Origin: Squalus acanthias
Taxonomy: Eukaryota
Direction: 5' to 3'
Assembly (NCBI GenBank): GCA_030390025.1
Contig: JASTWF010000034.1
Location: 5,890,001-5,954,000, forward strand
DNA length: 64,000 nt
The translations under genes and the position numbers were made by a program. The notes beneath the pieces are model-generated. The model had not been told where the DNA came from, made no database searches, and saw nothing but the letters and a program-made list of their open reading frames with translations. This document shows, piece after piece, positions 38,472 through 52,245 of this stretch. Each line of letters begins with the position of its first letter. Position 1 is the first letter of the stretch.

Positions 38472-41400
38472 CATAACGAACATACGAATTAGGAGCAGGA
38501 GTCGGCCATTCGGCCCCTCAAGCCTGTTCCGCCATTCAATAAGATCATGGCTGATCTGGTTACTCCACAGTCCCGTCCAACCCCCGATAACCTTTCACCC
38601 CCTTGCTTATCAAGAATCTATCTACGTCCGCCTTAAAAATATTCAGACTCTGCTTCCACCGCCCTCTGAGGAAGAGAGTTCCAAAGACTCACGACCCTCT
38701 GAGAAAAAACATTCTCCTCATCTCTGTCTAAAATGGGCGCTCCATTATTTTTAAACAGTGACACCTAGTTCTAGATTCTCCCACAAGAGGAAACATCCTC
38801 TCCGCATCCACCCTGTCAAGACCACTCAGGATCTTATAGGTTTCAATCAAGTCACCTCTTACTCTTCTAAACTCCAGTGGATAAAAGCCTAGCCTGCCCA
38901 ACCTTTCCTCATCAGACAACCCGCCCATTCCAGGTATTAGTCTAGTAAACCTTCTCTGAACTGCTTTCAAAGCATTTACATCCTTCCTTAAATAAGGAGA
39001 CTAATACTGTACTCAGTACTCCAGATGTGGTCTCACCAATGCCCTGTATAACTGAAGCATAAACTCCCTACTTTTGTATTCAATTCCCCTCGCAATAAAC
39101 GTTAACATTCGATTAGCTTTCCTAATTACTTGCTTTACCTGCAGATTAACCTTTTGCGATTCTTGCACTCGGACACCCAGAACCCTCTGCATTTCAAAGC
39201 ACTGCAATCTCTCACCATTTAGATAATATGCTTATTTTTTATTTTTCCTGCCAAAATGCACAATTGCACATTTTCACACATTATACTCTATTTGCCAGAT
39301 CTTTGCCCACTCACTTATCCTATTTATATACCTTTGTAGCCTCCATATGTCCTCTTCACAATTTACTTTCCTACCTATCTTTTTGTCATCAGCAAATTTA
39401 GCAACCATCCCTTCGGTCCCTTCATCCAAGTCATTTATATAAATTGTAAAAAGTTGAGGCCCCAGCATTATCCCTGTGGCACACTACACGTTACATCTTG
39501 CCAAACAGAAAATGACCCATTTATGCCTACTCTCTGTTTCCTGTTAGCTAGCCAATCTTCTATCCATGCCAATATGTTAACCCCGACACCATGAGCTTCT
39601 ATTTTCCGAAATAACCTTTGATGTGGCACCTTATCAAATGCCTTCTGGAAATCTAAGTACAGTACATCCACCGGTTCCCCTTTATCCACAGCACATGTTA
39701 CTTCCTCAAAGAACTCCCTTAAATTGGTTAAACATGATTTCCCTTTCACAAAGCCATGCTGACTCTGCCTGATTACCTTGAACTTTTACAAGTGCCCTGC
39801 TATAACGTCTTTAATAATAGTTTCTAGCATCTTCCCTAAGACAGGTGTTAAGCTAACTGGCCTGTAGTTTCCTGCTTTCTGTCTCCCTCCCTTTTTGAAT
39901 AAAGGAGTTACAATCGCTATTTTCTAATCTAATGGAACCTTCCCTGAATCTAGGGAATTTTGGAAAATTAAAACCAACGCATCAACTATCTCACTAGCTA
40001 CTTCTTTTAAGACCCTAGGATGAAGTCCATCAGGACCCGGGGACTTGTCAGCCCGCATCTCCAACAATTTCCTCAGTACTACTTCCCTGGTGATTGTAAT
40101 TTTCTTGACTTCCTCCCTCCCTTCCATTTCCTGATTTACAGCTGTTTCTGGGATGTTACTTGTATCCTCTATAGTGAAGACCGATGAAAAATACCTGTTC
40201 AATTCAACTGCCATCTCCTTATTTTCCATTATTAATTCCCCAGACTCACTTTTTATAGCACCAACGCTCCCTTTGTTAACTCTTTTCTTTTTAGAATATC
40301 TATAGAAACTCTTACTATCTGTTTTTATATTTCTAGCTAGCTTTCTCTCGTACTCTCATTTTTCTCTCCTTATTAATCTTTTAGTAATTCTTTGCTGTTT
40401 GTTTATATTCTGTCCAATCTTCTGACCTGCCACCCATCTTTTCACAATTATATGCTTTTTCTTTAAGTTTGATACTATCTTTAACTTTTTTAGTTAACCA
40501 CGGATGGTGGGTCCTCCCCTTGGAATTTTTCTTTCTCGTTGGAATGGATCTATTCTGTGTATTCTGAAATATCCCATTAAATGTCTGCCACTGCAGCTCT
40601 ATTGACCTATCGCTTACTCTAGTTTGCCAGTTCACTTTAGCTAGCTCTGCTATCATGCCCTCATAATTGCCCTTATTTAAGTTAAAAAAACTAGTCTTGG
40701 ACCAAATCTTCTCTCCCTCAAACTGAATGTAAAATTCAATCATATTATGATCGCTGCGACCTAGGGGCACCTTCACTATGTGGTCATTAATTAATCTTAT
40801 CTTGTTTCACAATACCAGGTCTACTATAGCCTGCTCTCTGGTTGGCTCCAGAACGTGCTGTTCTAAGAAACTGTCCCAAAAACATTCTATGAACTCCTCA
40901 TCTAGGCTACCTTTGCCCATCTGATTTTTCATTCTATATGTAGATTAAAATCCCCATGATTATTGCCGTACCTTTCTGACAAGCTCCCATTATTTCTTCC
41001 TTGATACTCCATCCTAACGTGTGGTTACTGTTAGGGGGCCTGTACATCACTTCCACAAGTGACTTCTTGCCTTCATCATTTCTCATCTCTACCCAAACCG
41101 CTTCTACATCCTGGTTTCCTGAACTTAAGTCATCCCTCTATTGCGCTAATACCATTATTAATTTACAGAGCCACCCCTCCACTTTTTCCTAAATATCATG
41201 TACCCTTCAATATTCAGGTCCCAATGTTTGTCATCCTGCAGCCATGTCTCTGTAATGGCTATCAGATTGTACTTATTTAATTCTATTTGCGCCATCAGTT
41301 CATCTGTTTTGTTTCGAATGCTACGTGCATTCAGATACAGAGCCTTTAGTTTTGTCCTTTTATTATTTTTGTAACCTTTAGCCTTATCTGTTGATTTACT

Positions 41401-41720
41401 CTTAGATTTGTACTCTCTATCCCTTCCCGTCACGGTCTGTTTATCATTTCCCATATTAATACCTTTCTCTCTTGTCTTGTTTCTACTCTTTGAATTACCA
41501 CATCTTCCCAGATTTGATCCCTGGCCCCCAATATTTAGTTGAAAGCCCTCTCTACCGCCCTAGTTATAGGACTCGCCAGAACACTGGTCCCAGCACGGTT
41601 CAGGTGAAGACCAACCCAACGGTACAGATCGCACATTCCCCAGTACTGGTGCTAGTGCCCCAGGAAGCGAAACCAATTTCTCCCATACCAGTCTTTGAGC
41701 TACGCATTCATCTCTCTAAT
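38472..41720 (-). mobile_element. CR1 LINE with almost complete ORF2 and the end of ORF1, decayed
   Basis: ORF1 esterase-like GLHLNRAG; ORF2 YLNARSI, ITETWL, SDHNMIEF, SPGPDG, DFQKAFD, KFADD and tail. Confidence 0.95.
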
Positions 41721-43890
41721 TTGATGGAACAGGGTAGAGAGAGCTTTACTCTGTATCTAAACCGTGCTGTATCTGCCCTGGGAGTGTTTGATGGGTATTT
41801 GTAGAGGGAGCTTTACTCTGTATCTAACCCGTGCTGTACCTGCCCTGGGAGTGTTTGATGGGTCTTTGTCGAGGGAGCTTTACTCTGTATCTAACCCGTG
41901 CTGTACCTGCCCAAGGAGTGTTTGATGGGTCTTTGTAGAGGGAGCTTTACTCTGTATCTAACCCGGGCTGTATCTTCCTGGGAATATTTGAAGGGACAGT
42001 GTGGAGGAAGCTTTACTTTGCATCAATTCCTGTGCTGTACCAGCCCTGGGAGTGTTCGATAGGTCTTTGTAGAGGGAGTTTTACTCTGTACCTAACCCGT
42101 GCACTACCTGCCCTGCGAGTATTTAACGCTACAGTGATGAGGGAGCTTTACTCTTTCAAAACAGTGCTGTACCTGCCCTGGGAGCGTTTGATGGGACGGT
42201 GTAGATGCAGCTTTACTCTGTATCTAACCCCATGCACTACTTGCCCTGAGAGTGTTTGAGGGGACAGTGTAGAGGGAGCTTTATTCGGTATCTAACGCGG
42301 GCTGTACCTGCCTGAGAAAGTTTGATGCGACAGTGTAGAGGAAGCTTTACTCTGTATCTAACCCGTGCTGTATCTGCCCTGGGAGTGTTTGATGGGCCAG
42401 TGTAGAGGGAGCTTTACTCTGTATCTAACCCCGTGCTGTACCTGCCATGGGGCTGTTTGATGGGACAGTGTAGAGGGAGCTTTACTCTGTATCTAACCCC
42501 GTGCACGACCTGCCCTGCGAGTGCTTGCTGGGGCAGTGTAGAGGGAGCTTTACTCTGCATTTAACCTGTGCTGTACCTGCCCTGGGAGTGTATGATGGGA
42601 CTCTGTAGAGTGATCTTTACTCTGCATCTTACCTGTGCTGCACCTGTCCTGGGAGTGTTTGATGGGACAGTGTATAGGTAGCTTTACTCTGCATCTTACC
42701 TGTGCTGTACCTAAACTGGGAGTGTTTGATGGGAAAGTGTAGCGGGAACTTTACTCTGTAACTAACCTGTGCTGTCCCTGCCCTGGGAGTGTTTGATGCA
42801 ACAGTGTAGAGGGAGCTTCATTCCATATCTAATCCATGCTGCACCTGCCCAGGGACTGTTTGTTGGGACAGTGTCGATGGAGCTCTACTCTGTATCTAAC
42901 CATTGTTCTATCTGCCCTTGGTGTGTTTGATAGCACAATGTATAGTGAGCTATACTCTGTATCTAACCCGTGCAGTACCTGGCTTGGGAGTGTTTGTTGG
43001 AACTGGATAGAGGGGTCTTTACTCTGTATCTAACCCGTGCTGTTCCAGACCTGGGAGTGTTTGATGGGGCAGTGTAGAAGCAGCTTTACTCTGTATCCAA
43101 CCCGTGCAGTACCTGGCCTGGGAGTGTTCGATGTGACAGTATACAGGGAGCTATAGTCAGTATCTAACACGGGCTGTACACGCCTGGGAATATGTGATGG
43201 GACAGTGTAGAGGAAGCTTTACTCTGCATCCAACCCAGTGCTGTACCTGCCCTGCGAGTGTTTGATGGGACAGTGTAGCGGGAGCTTTACTCTGTACCGA
43301 ACCGATGCACTAACTGCCCTGCGAGTGTTTGATGGGGCAGTGTAGTGGGAGCTTTACTCTGTATCTAACCCGTGCTGTACCTGCCGTGGGAGTGTTTGAT
43401 GGGACAAAGTAGAGGGATCTTTAATCTGTATCTAAACCGTACTGTTCCTGCCCTGGGAGTGTTTGATGGGACAGTGTAGAGAGAGCTTTACTCTGTATCT
43501 AAACCTTGCTGTACCTGCCCTGGGAGTGTTTGATGGGATTGTGTAGAGAGAGCTTTACTCTGTATCTAAACCTTGCTGTACCTGCCCTGGGAGTGTGTGT
43601 TGGGACAGTGTAAAGAGAGCTTTACTCTGTATCTAAACCTTGCTGTACCTGCCCTGGGAGTGTTTGATGGGATTGTGTAGAGGGAGCTTTACTCTGTATC
43701 TAAACCTTGCTGCACCTGCCCTGGGAGTGTTTGATGGGATTGGTAGAGGGCTCTTTACTCTGTATCTAAACCTTGCTGTACGTGCACTGGGAGTGCTTGA
43801 CAGCCAGTGTATTGTGCGCTTTACTCTATATCTAACAAATGCTGTACCTGCACTGGGACTGTTTGATGGGACAGTGTAGTGGGAGCCTTA
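41720..43890 (-). repeat. 67-bp satellite array in inverted orientation
   Basis: Reverse complement of the 16770 unit. Confidence 0.95.
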
Positions 43891-44200
43891 TAACTCTTTA
43901 TAACGTTAGAATCCTTAATAAACATTTACAAAAGGTGTATAACGGGTTATTAAGGATTATAATGATTTATAAAGGGTCATGTCCCTTTATCATATAATGC
44001 ATCACTTTGTACCCCATTCAAATCCCTTTATAATCCTTTGTCAATCATTATAACACTTTATAAGCCTTTGTCGATCACTACAAGCCTTTATATTCCTTAA
44101 CAATTCATATTCCAATATCAACATTTATATATCATTATAATACTTTATATTCATTTATAATAATTTATAACCCAGCATAATCCTTTATAACCCTTTATAA
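43890..44200. repeat. AT-rich low-complexity tract
   Basis: Recurrent TTATAA/CTTTAT words. Confidence 0.6.
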
Positions 44201-44204
44201 AGCG

Positions 44205-45268
44205 TCAGGATAAAGCGTAGGGATAATGGGTAGGTACTCAAATTGGCAGGATGTGACTCCAGGTGTCCGGCAGGGCTGTGTTTTGGGGCCTCAGCTATTC
44301 ACAATATTTATTCATGACTTAGGTGATGTCATAGAAAGTCATATACCCAAATTTGCCGATGACACAAAGATAGGCAGCATTGCAGGCAGTGTAGGTGAAA
44401 CCATAAAATTACAAAGGGATATTGACAGATTAAGGGAATGGGCAAAACTATGGCAAATGGATTTCAATGTTAGCAAATGTGAGGTCAATCACTTTGGACC
44501 CTAAAAGGATAGAACAGGTTACTTTCTAAATGGTGAAAAGCTAAAAAGAGTGGATGTCCAAAGAGACTTGGCATGTCCAGGTACATAGATCATTAAAATG
44601 TCATGGACAGGTACAGAAAATAATCAACAAGGCTCATGGAAAGCTGGCCTTTATATCTAAAGGACTAGATTACAAGGGGGTAGAAGTTATTCTGCAGCTA
44701 TACAAAACCCTGGTTAGACCACACCTGGAGTGCTGTGAGCAGTTCTGGGCACCACATCTTAGGAAGAATATATTGGCCTTGGAGGGAGTGCAGCGCAGGT
44801 TTACCAGAATGATACCCAGCCTTCAAGGGTTAAGTTACGAGGAGAGATTACACAAATTAGGGTTCTATTCCCTAGAATTTAGAAGGTTAAGGGGTGATCT
44901 GAGCGGATTTTTCAGGATATTAAGGGGAACAGATAGAGTAGATAGCGAGAAACTATTTCCATTGGTGGGGATACTAGGACTGGAGGCACAGTCTAAGAAT
45001 TAGACGCCGTCCTTTCAGGAGTGAAATTAGGAAACACTTCGACACACAAAGTGGTAGAAAGTTGGAACTCTCTTCCACAAACGGAAGTGGATGCTAGATA
45101 AATTGTTAATTTTAAATCGGAGATTTATTGCTTTTTGCTAACCAAAGGTATGAAGGGATATGGGCTAAAGTGGGTTTATGGAGTTAGATCGCAGATCAGT
45201 CAATGATCTCATTGAATGGGGCAACAGGCTCGAGGGGCTGAATGGCCGACTCCTCTTCCTATGTTCCT
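44205..45268 (+). mobile_element. CR1 RT 3' fragment
   Basis: GVRQGCVLGP, KFADDTK, RPHLECC and tail. Confidence 0.9.
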
Positions 45269-45964
45269 CAGTGTAGGATCCGTTGACTTGTTAGCCCTCC
45301 CCAAATGCATTACCTCACACTTCTCCGGATTGAATTCCATTTGCCACAATCTTCCTGCATGCAGCATGAGTTATACACAGAGTAAAGCTCCCTTTACACT
45401 GCCCAATCAAACAGTCTAATGGCAGGTACAGTACGGGTTAGAGAGAGAGATACAGAGTAAAGCTCCCTTTACAATGCCCAATCAAACAGTCCAAGGGCAG
45501 GTACAACACGGGTTAGATAGAGAGATACAGAGCAAAGCTCCCTTTACAATGCCCAATCAAACAGTCCAAGAGCAGGTACAGCACGGGTTAGATACAGAGA
45601 TACAGACTAAAGCTTCCTCTACACTGTCCACTCAAACACTCGCAGCGCAGGTACAGCGCGGGTGACTTGCAAAGTCCCCTCTAATACAGCATGTGCAGCG
45701 TACAGCTCCCTTGACACTACCCAATGAAGCACAACCAGCTCGGGTACAGCATGGGATGAACACAGAATAAAGATCTCACTACATGCAAGTGTCAAACACT
45801 CCCGGGTGAGGTACGGGCAAGGTTTATCTCCGAGTTAAGCTCCGCTCAACTTGCCACATCAAAGGCCGAGCCTGATGGCAGATGTTGAACAGCTCCCAGT
45901 ATCTGGTTAGACTCTCACCTCAGCAAAATCCTGGACTGATGGGATTCTCAGTAAAGTTCCTCAC

Positions 45965-46450
45965 CTTTCCAATCATTGTTGAAGCTTGCCGTTTTATCCC
46001 GTCTCCGACAGTGGGGGTCTCGATCCCACCAGATCTGCTCTGTGAACACAGCGACATATCTCCAGTCCCAGTCAGTGTGGCGATGATTCGACTTCTCTCT
46101 CTCCACCTTCCTGAGATATTGCTCACTCCCAGAGACTGTCAATAGAAAAATTATTCATGTTAATTCCGGAATACAGGGGGAGCATTTTTGTGTCCATAAA
46201 TATATTCAATTTGATTATTTTTGCAATTAATCAGTGTGTTTGAATTACTTACTTTAATATTGAATAGTTCTTTTCTGTCCATTGCCCTGTTTATTGGGAC
46301 TAAACTCACCCCCAGTGTCAGCTGTCACTCCAGCTCCTCCCACACTGACATTCCACTGATGGGCCGTAACCAGGGGCGGGGCCCTGTCTCCAGGTGACAT
46401 CACACAGCAGCCAGGAACGATGTCACAAAGCGGCCGGAGCCACTCCCACT
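45965..46450 (-). other. Promoter/exon cassette copy C (exon 45965-46135 intact; CCAAT segment deleted)
   Basis: MSLCSQSRSGGIETPTVGDGIKRQASTMIGK with AG/GT intact. Confidence 0.6.
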
Positions 46451-46759
46451 CGAGGTGGCACAGGGTCACATTGACCAGGGTCTGCTCCTGGTGTGCAGTC
46501 TCACTGGGCATGAACACAGGGTGTACAATCAGCCCCGTCTCCGGGAATGAACCGGGATCCTGCCCTACATCTCTCCCGAGTTTTATTTCCATCGGTGTAA
46601 AATGGATGGCTGATTCACAATTACCCGTTTTGTACTATAGCACCTACTAAACGTCAAACTCTACCCCAGTATTTCTTTCCTTCTCTACGTATCTGCTCCA
46701 TCGCTGTCTCTGCCTCTCTCCACAGTGAGGGATCCGTCTGGGGCTGGGATCATACTGTG

Positions 46760-47042
46760 CGGAAAAGACCAGAATATCAGTCAGTCTCTCTTCCCGCTCC
46801 CACATCGTTACCTCTGGTGTCCCCCAAGGATCTCTCCTTGCCTCCCCTCCTATTTCTCATCTACATGTTGCCCCTTGGTGACATCATCCAGAAACACAGT
46901 CAGTTTCCACATGTACGCTGACGACACCCAGCTCTACCTCACTACCTCTTCTCTCGACCCCTCCACGGTGTCTAAATTGTCAGACTGCTTGACTGACATG
47001 AGCAAAAGTTTCTCCAAGTAAATATTGGGAAGACCGAAGCCA
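46760..47042 (+). mobile_element. L2-type LINE RT fragment
   Basis: SGVPQGS..., FHMYADDTQLYL. Confidence 0.8.
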
Positions 47043-47420
47043 TTAATCCCAGAATACAGGGGGGGCATTTTTGTGACCAAATTTATATTCAATGTGATTA
47101 TTTTTGCAATTAATGAGTGTTTGAATTACTAACTTTAATATTAAATTGTTCTTTTCTGTCCATTGCCCTGTTTATTGGGACGAAACTCACCCCCAGTGTC
47201 AGCTGTCACTCCAGCTCCTCCCACACTGACATCCCACTGATGGGCCATAACCAGGGGCGGGGCACTGTCTCCAGGTGACATCACACAGCAGCAAGGAGCG
47301 ATGTCACAAAGCGGCCGGAGCCCCTCCCACTCGAGGTGTCACAGGGTCACATTGACCAGGCTCTGCTCCTGGTGTGCAGTCTCACTGGGCATGAACACAT
47401 GGTGTACAATCAGCCCCGTC
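47043..47420 (-). other. Partial cassette copy C' (promoter, first exon and intron only)
   Basis: Direct duplicate of about 46160-46540, sharing the CCAAT deletion. Confidence 0.7.
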
Positions 47421-47439
47421 TACGACCCCGCTCCCCTCA

Positions 47440-47908
47440 GATGATGCGTACTGCTCCAACAACACTCAAGAAGCTCGACACCATCCAGGACAAAGCAGCC
47501 CGCTTGATTGACAACCCATCCACATACCTTACACATTCGCTCCCTCCACCACTGTGTACCGTGGCTGCAGTGTGTACCATCTACAAGATGCACTGCAGCA
47601 ACTCGCCAAGACATCTTCGCCAGCACCACCCAAACCCGCAATCTCTTCCACCAAGAAGGACAAGGGCAGCAGACGCATGGGAACCCAACCAGCTCCAGGT
47701 TCCCCTCGAAGTCACACACCATCCTCACTTGGAAGGATATCGCCAATCCTTCCTCGTTGCTGCTTGAAAATCCTAGAACTCCGTACCTACGGACTGCAGC
47801 GGTTCAAGAAGGCAGCTCACCACCACCTTCTCAAGGGCAGTTAGGGATGGGCAATAAATGCTGGCCTTGCCAGCGACCCTCACATCCCATAAAGGAATAA
47901 TAAAAAAA
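47440..47908 (+). mobile_element. LINE 3' end
   Basis: APTTLKKLDTIQDKAARLI followed by the tail seen at 4330-4668. Confidence 0.85.
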
Positions 47909-47919
47909 GTGCAAATACG

Positions 47920-48583
47920 ATAGCAAAATACTGCGGATGCTGGAAATCTGAAATAACAACAGAAAACGCTGGAAAAACTCAGCAGGCCAGGCAGCATCCG
48001 TGGAGAGAGAAAGAGAGTTAACGTTTCAGGTCGATGACCTTTCATCAGAACTGTGAAGAGCCGGAAATCAAATAGATTTAAGGCCAGAGTAAAGCTGGGA
48101 AAAGGGGGAGGGGATAAAAGAACAAAGGGGAAGATGAAGAGACATTAAGAGACATTGAGAGATATGCAAGGCTAGAGGTGGTGTAAATGTGACAGATTAA
48201 GGCTGAAAGAAGTGTGAAATCCACTGGCAGAATGAAGGACAGCTGCCAGCTTCTAGGAGGAAAAAAAAAGGTGGGGGAGGGGCAAATAAAAGGGTGGAAA
48301 AAATAAAATATAAATGTGATTGCAGCTGAGGTAATGATCTAAAATTGTTGAACTCGATATTGAGTCCAGAGGGCTGTAGCGTGCCTAAACGAAAGATGAG
48401 GTGCTGTTCCTCGAGCTTACGCTGCGCTTCCGTGGAACAGTGTAATAGGCCGAGGACGGTGAGGTCAGAGTGGGAGTGAAGCGGTGAATTAAAGTGACAG
48501 GCCACCGGGAGCTCGGGGTCCCCCTTACGGACTGAACGGAGGTGTTCCGCAAAGCGGTCACCCAATCTGCGTTTGGTCTCCCC
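47920..48583 (-). mobile_element. Penelope-like element 3' part (GIY-YIG endonuclease C-terminus and terminal repeat)
   Basis: GETKRRLGDRFAEH...PVACHFN...RKLEEQHLIFRLGTLQPSGLNIEF. Confidence 0.9.
48016..48052 (-). ncRNA. Minimal type I hammerhead ribozyme motif
   Basis: AGTT-CTGATGA-A-AGGTC(ATC)GACCT-GAA-ACGT-T-AACT: stem I, catalytic core, stem II and a palindromic rudimentary stem III. Confidence 0.75.
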
Positions 48584-48599
48584 CAAAAAAGTGCTTCTG

Positions 48600-49150
48600 C
48601 TGCAGTTGCAGAGGGCCGCGCATGCGCCCTGACCCCGCCCTGTCCAAGATGGCGGCGCGGGGAAAAGTCCCGCCTTCCTTCACCAATATGGCGGCCGGTT
48701 GCCGGGGTAACCCGGGCCTGTTGCCGGGGAGAAAGCCTTCAGCAAGTTGGTGGCCAGTCGCCCCGCTTACCCGGGCGGCCGGGCCTGGCGCTGCGGCGCA
48801 AACACGAGGCCCCGCGGGGTCTTATTCGGGGCCTGAGGCCCAGCCCGGGTGTTTGTGAAGCTTCCCAGACCCCGCGTGCCACCTGTTCCTCCCCGGCCCC
48901 CAGAATCTCCTGCCGCCTCTTGAATCGTTTGTTCGGCCATTAGTACAACAGGAAATGCTCTGACAAAGTTATCGACCTGAAACGTTGTCAATTTTTCTCT
49001 CCCGCGATGTTCCTGCTGCCGCCATTGCCTCGTCTGCACCACTCGTACTGCGCATGCTCGGAGCACTCCCCGTCCCCGCGCCTGCGCACTGGACTCCTGT
49101 AGTCATTGATTGGGCACTTTCTGCCGCGCGGGGGATCGTGGGTAAAAACA
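48600..49150. promoter_or_regulatory. CpG-island-like promoter with a possible minus-strand first exon (48940-48771)
   Basis: GCGCATGCGC (NRF1) 48618, CAAGATGGCGGC (YY1) 48645, AATATGGCGGC 48685, GTTGCCGGGGTAAC (RFX) 48698, GC boxes, CCAAT; donor CGG|GTAAGC at 48770. Confidence 0.65.
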
Positions 49151-49174
49151 CCGCCATTGAATGCCACAAACAAG

Positions 49175-50220
49175 AGAGCAGCTTTTCATACTGGCTAAAG
49201 GTGGAAAGTGGTGTTCCACAGGGATCGGTGTTGGGACCGCTGCTGTTCACAATTTACATAAACAATTTCGACTCGGGAATCTGAAGTACAATTTCAAAAT
49301 TTGTCATTGATACCAAATTGGGAGGTATATTTACTATTGATGAAGACTGTGACATAATGCAAGAAGACATTAATAAACTTGCAGAATGGAAGTGTAATTG
49401 GCGAATGAATTTCAATATAGATAAGTGTGAGGTGGCGCCTTTTGGTAGGAAGAATAAGGAGGCCAGATACTGTTTGAAAATAAGAGTATAAATGGGGAAG
49501 AGGAGCAATGCGATTTCGGGGTACAGATACACAGAACACTAAAAGTAGCAATGGAGGTTAATAGGGCCATACAAAACAAACAAGGCACTGGGGTTAATTT
49601 CCAGAGGGATAGAATTGCAAAGCAGGGAGGTTATGTTAAACTTGTACTGACCCTGGGTTAGATCATACTTGGAGTACTGTGAAAAGCTCTGGTCTCCATA
49701 TTATTACGAGGGGCCCAATGGCCTACTCCTGCTCGTATTTCTTATGTTCTTAATATAGAGGCACTGGAGAAGGAGATTTGTAAGGATGATCCTAGAACTG
49801 AGAGGATATACTTATCAGGAAAGGCTGAACAGGCAGGGTCTTTTTTCTCTTGAAGAAAGAGAATGCTGATGGAAGACCGGATAGAGGTCTTTAAGATTAT
49901 GAGAAGGTTATAAAGGGTGGTCGTGGAGAAAATGTTTCCACTTGTGGGAGTCCAAAACTGGAGATCATCAATATAAGGTAGTCACTAATAAATCCAATGG
50001 AGAATTCAGGAGAAATTCTTCACCCAAAGAGAGGTGAGAATGTGGAACTCGCTACCACAGGGAGTAGTGGAGGCGGATAGTACAGATGCATTTAAGGAGA
50101 AGTTAGATAAACACATGAGGGAGAAAGGAATATAAGGTTATGCTAATAGAAATAGATGAAGAGGGGTGGGAGGAGGCTTGCGTGGGGAATAAACACCGGC
50201 ACAAACCAATTGGGCAGAAT
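49175..50220 (+). mobile_element. CR1 RT 3' fragment
   Basis: SGVPQGSVLGPLLFTIYIN, decayed downstream. Confidence 0.9.
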
Positions 50221-52245
50221 AGTTCAGAGGCAGAGTAAATCTACCCCAACACTGCCCCATCAAACTCTCCCAGGACAGGCACAACACGACTTAGACACAG
50301 TGTAAATCTCCCCCAGCACTGTCCCATCAAACACTCCCAGGGCAGATTCAGCAAAGGTTAGATACAGAGTAAAGGTCGCTCCACACTGGCCCAGCAAACT
50401 CTCACAGGGCAGGTACAGCACGGGTTCGATACAGAGTAAAGGTCCCTCCACACTGTCCCATCAAACACTCCCAGGACAGGCACAACACGACTTAGACACA
50501 GTGTAAATCTCCCTCAGCACTGTCCCATCAAACATTCCCAGGACAGGTACAGCATGGGTTAGATACAGAGTAAAGCTCATCTCTGCACGGTACCATCAAA
50601 CACTCCCATGGCTAGTTCATGTTTGATACAGGGTCGAGCTCCCCCTAACTGTCCCAACAAACCCGTCCAGGACAGGCAGACCACGAGTTGGACACAGAAT
50701 AAAGCTGCATCAACACTGTCCCATCAAACACTCCCAGGGCAGGTACAGCACTGGTTAGATACAGAGTAAAGCTCCCTCTGCACTGTCCCATCAAACTCTC
50801 CCAGGGCAGGTACAGCATGGGTAAGATACAGAGTAAAGCTCCCTCTACACTATCACATCAAACACTCGTCGGGCAAGTACTGCAAGGATTAGAAACAGAA
50901 TAAAGCTCCCTCTACCATGTCCCATCAAACACACCCAGGGCAGTTTCAGCACAGGTTAGATACAAAGTAATTCTCACTCTACACTGTCCCATCAAACACT
51001 CCCAGGGTATGTTCAGAACATGTTTGACAGAGAGTAAAGTTCCCTCTCAACTGTCCCGCCAAACACTCCCAGGGCAGGTGCAGCACGGGTTAGATACAGA
51101 GTAAAGCTCCCTCTAAACTGTCTCATCAAATTCTCCCAGGGCAGAAACAGCATGTGTTAGATACAGAGTAAAGCTCCCTCTTCAATGTCCCATCAAACAT
51201 TTAAAGGGCATGTACAGCAGGGGTTAGAAACAGAGTAAAGCCCCCTCGACACTGTCCCATCAAACTCCCCCATGACAGGTACAGCACGGTTAAGATACAG
51301 AGTAAAGCTCCCTTTACACTGTCCCAGCAAACACTCCTAGGGCAGGTTCAGACCACGTTTGATACAGAGTAAAGCTCCCTCTACACTGTCCCATCAAACT
51401 CCCCCATGGCAGGTACAGCACGGTTAAGATACAGAGTAAAGCTCCCTTTCCACTATCCCATCAAAACTGTCCAGGACAGGCAGAACACGAGTTAGACACA
51501 GAGTAAAGCTGCATCAACACTGTCCAATTTATCACTACCAGGGCAGGTACAGCATGGGTTAGAAACAGAGTAAAGCTTCCTCTACACTGTCCCATCAAAC
51601 ACCCGCAGGGCATGTACAGCACCGGTTAGATACAGAGTAAAGCTCCCTCTACACTGTCCCATCAAACACTGCCTGGGCAGGTTCAGAACAGGTTAGATAG
51701 AGTAAATCTCCCTCTGAACTGTCCCAGCAAACCACTCCCAGGGCAGGTTCAGACCACGTTTGATAGAGTAAAGCTCTCTCTACACTGTCCCATTAAACCC
51801 ATCCAGGACATGCAGAACACGAGTAAGACAGATTAAAACTCCCTCGACACTATCCCATCAAACTCTCCCAGAGCAGGTACAGCATGTGTTAGATACAGAC
51901 TAAAGCTGCCTCTACAGTGTCCCATCAAACCCTTCCAAGACAGGCACAACACGAGTTAGAGACAAAGTAAAGTTGCATCAAAACTGGCCCATCAAACACT
52001 CCCAAAGCAGGTGCAGAATGGATTAGATACAGATTAAAGATCCGTTTACACTGTCCCATCAAACTCTCCCAGGGCAGGTAAAGCACAGGGTAGATACAGA
52101 GTGAACCTCCCTCTACAATGTAACATCAAACACTCTCAGGGCAGGTACAGCACGGGTTAGATACAGAGAAACACTCTCTACACTGTCCCATCAAAAAATC
52201 CCAGGGCAGGTTCAGACAATGTTTGGTCCAGAGTAAAGCTCTGAA
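50220..52245 (+). repeat. 67-bp satellite array
   Basis: Same unit and variant order as 16770-18655. Confidence 0.95.
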
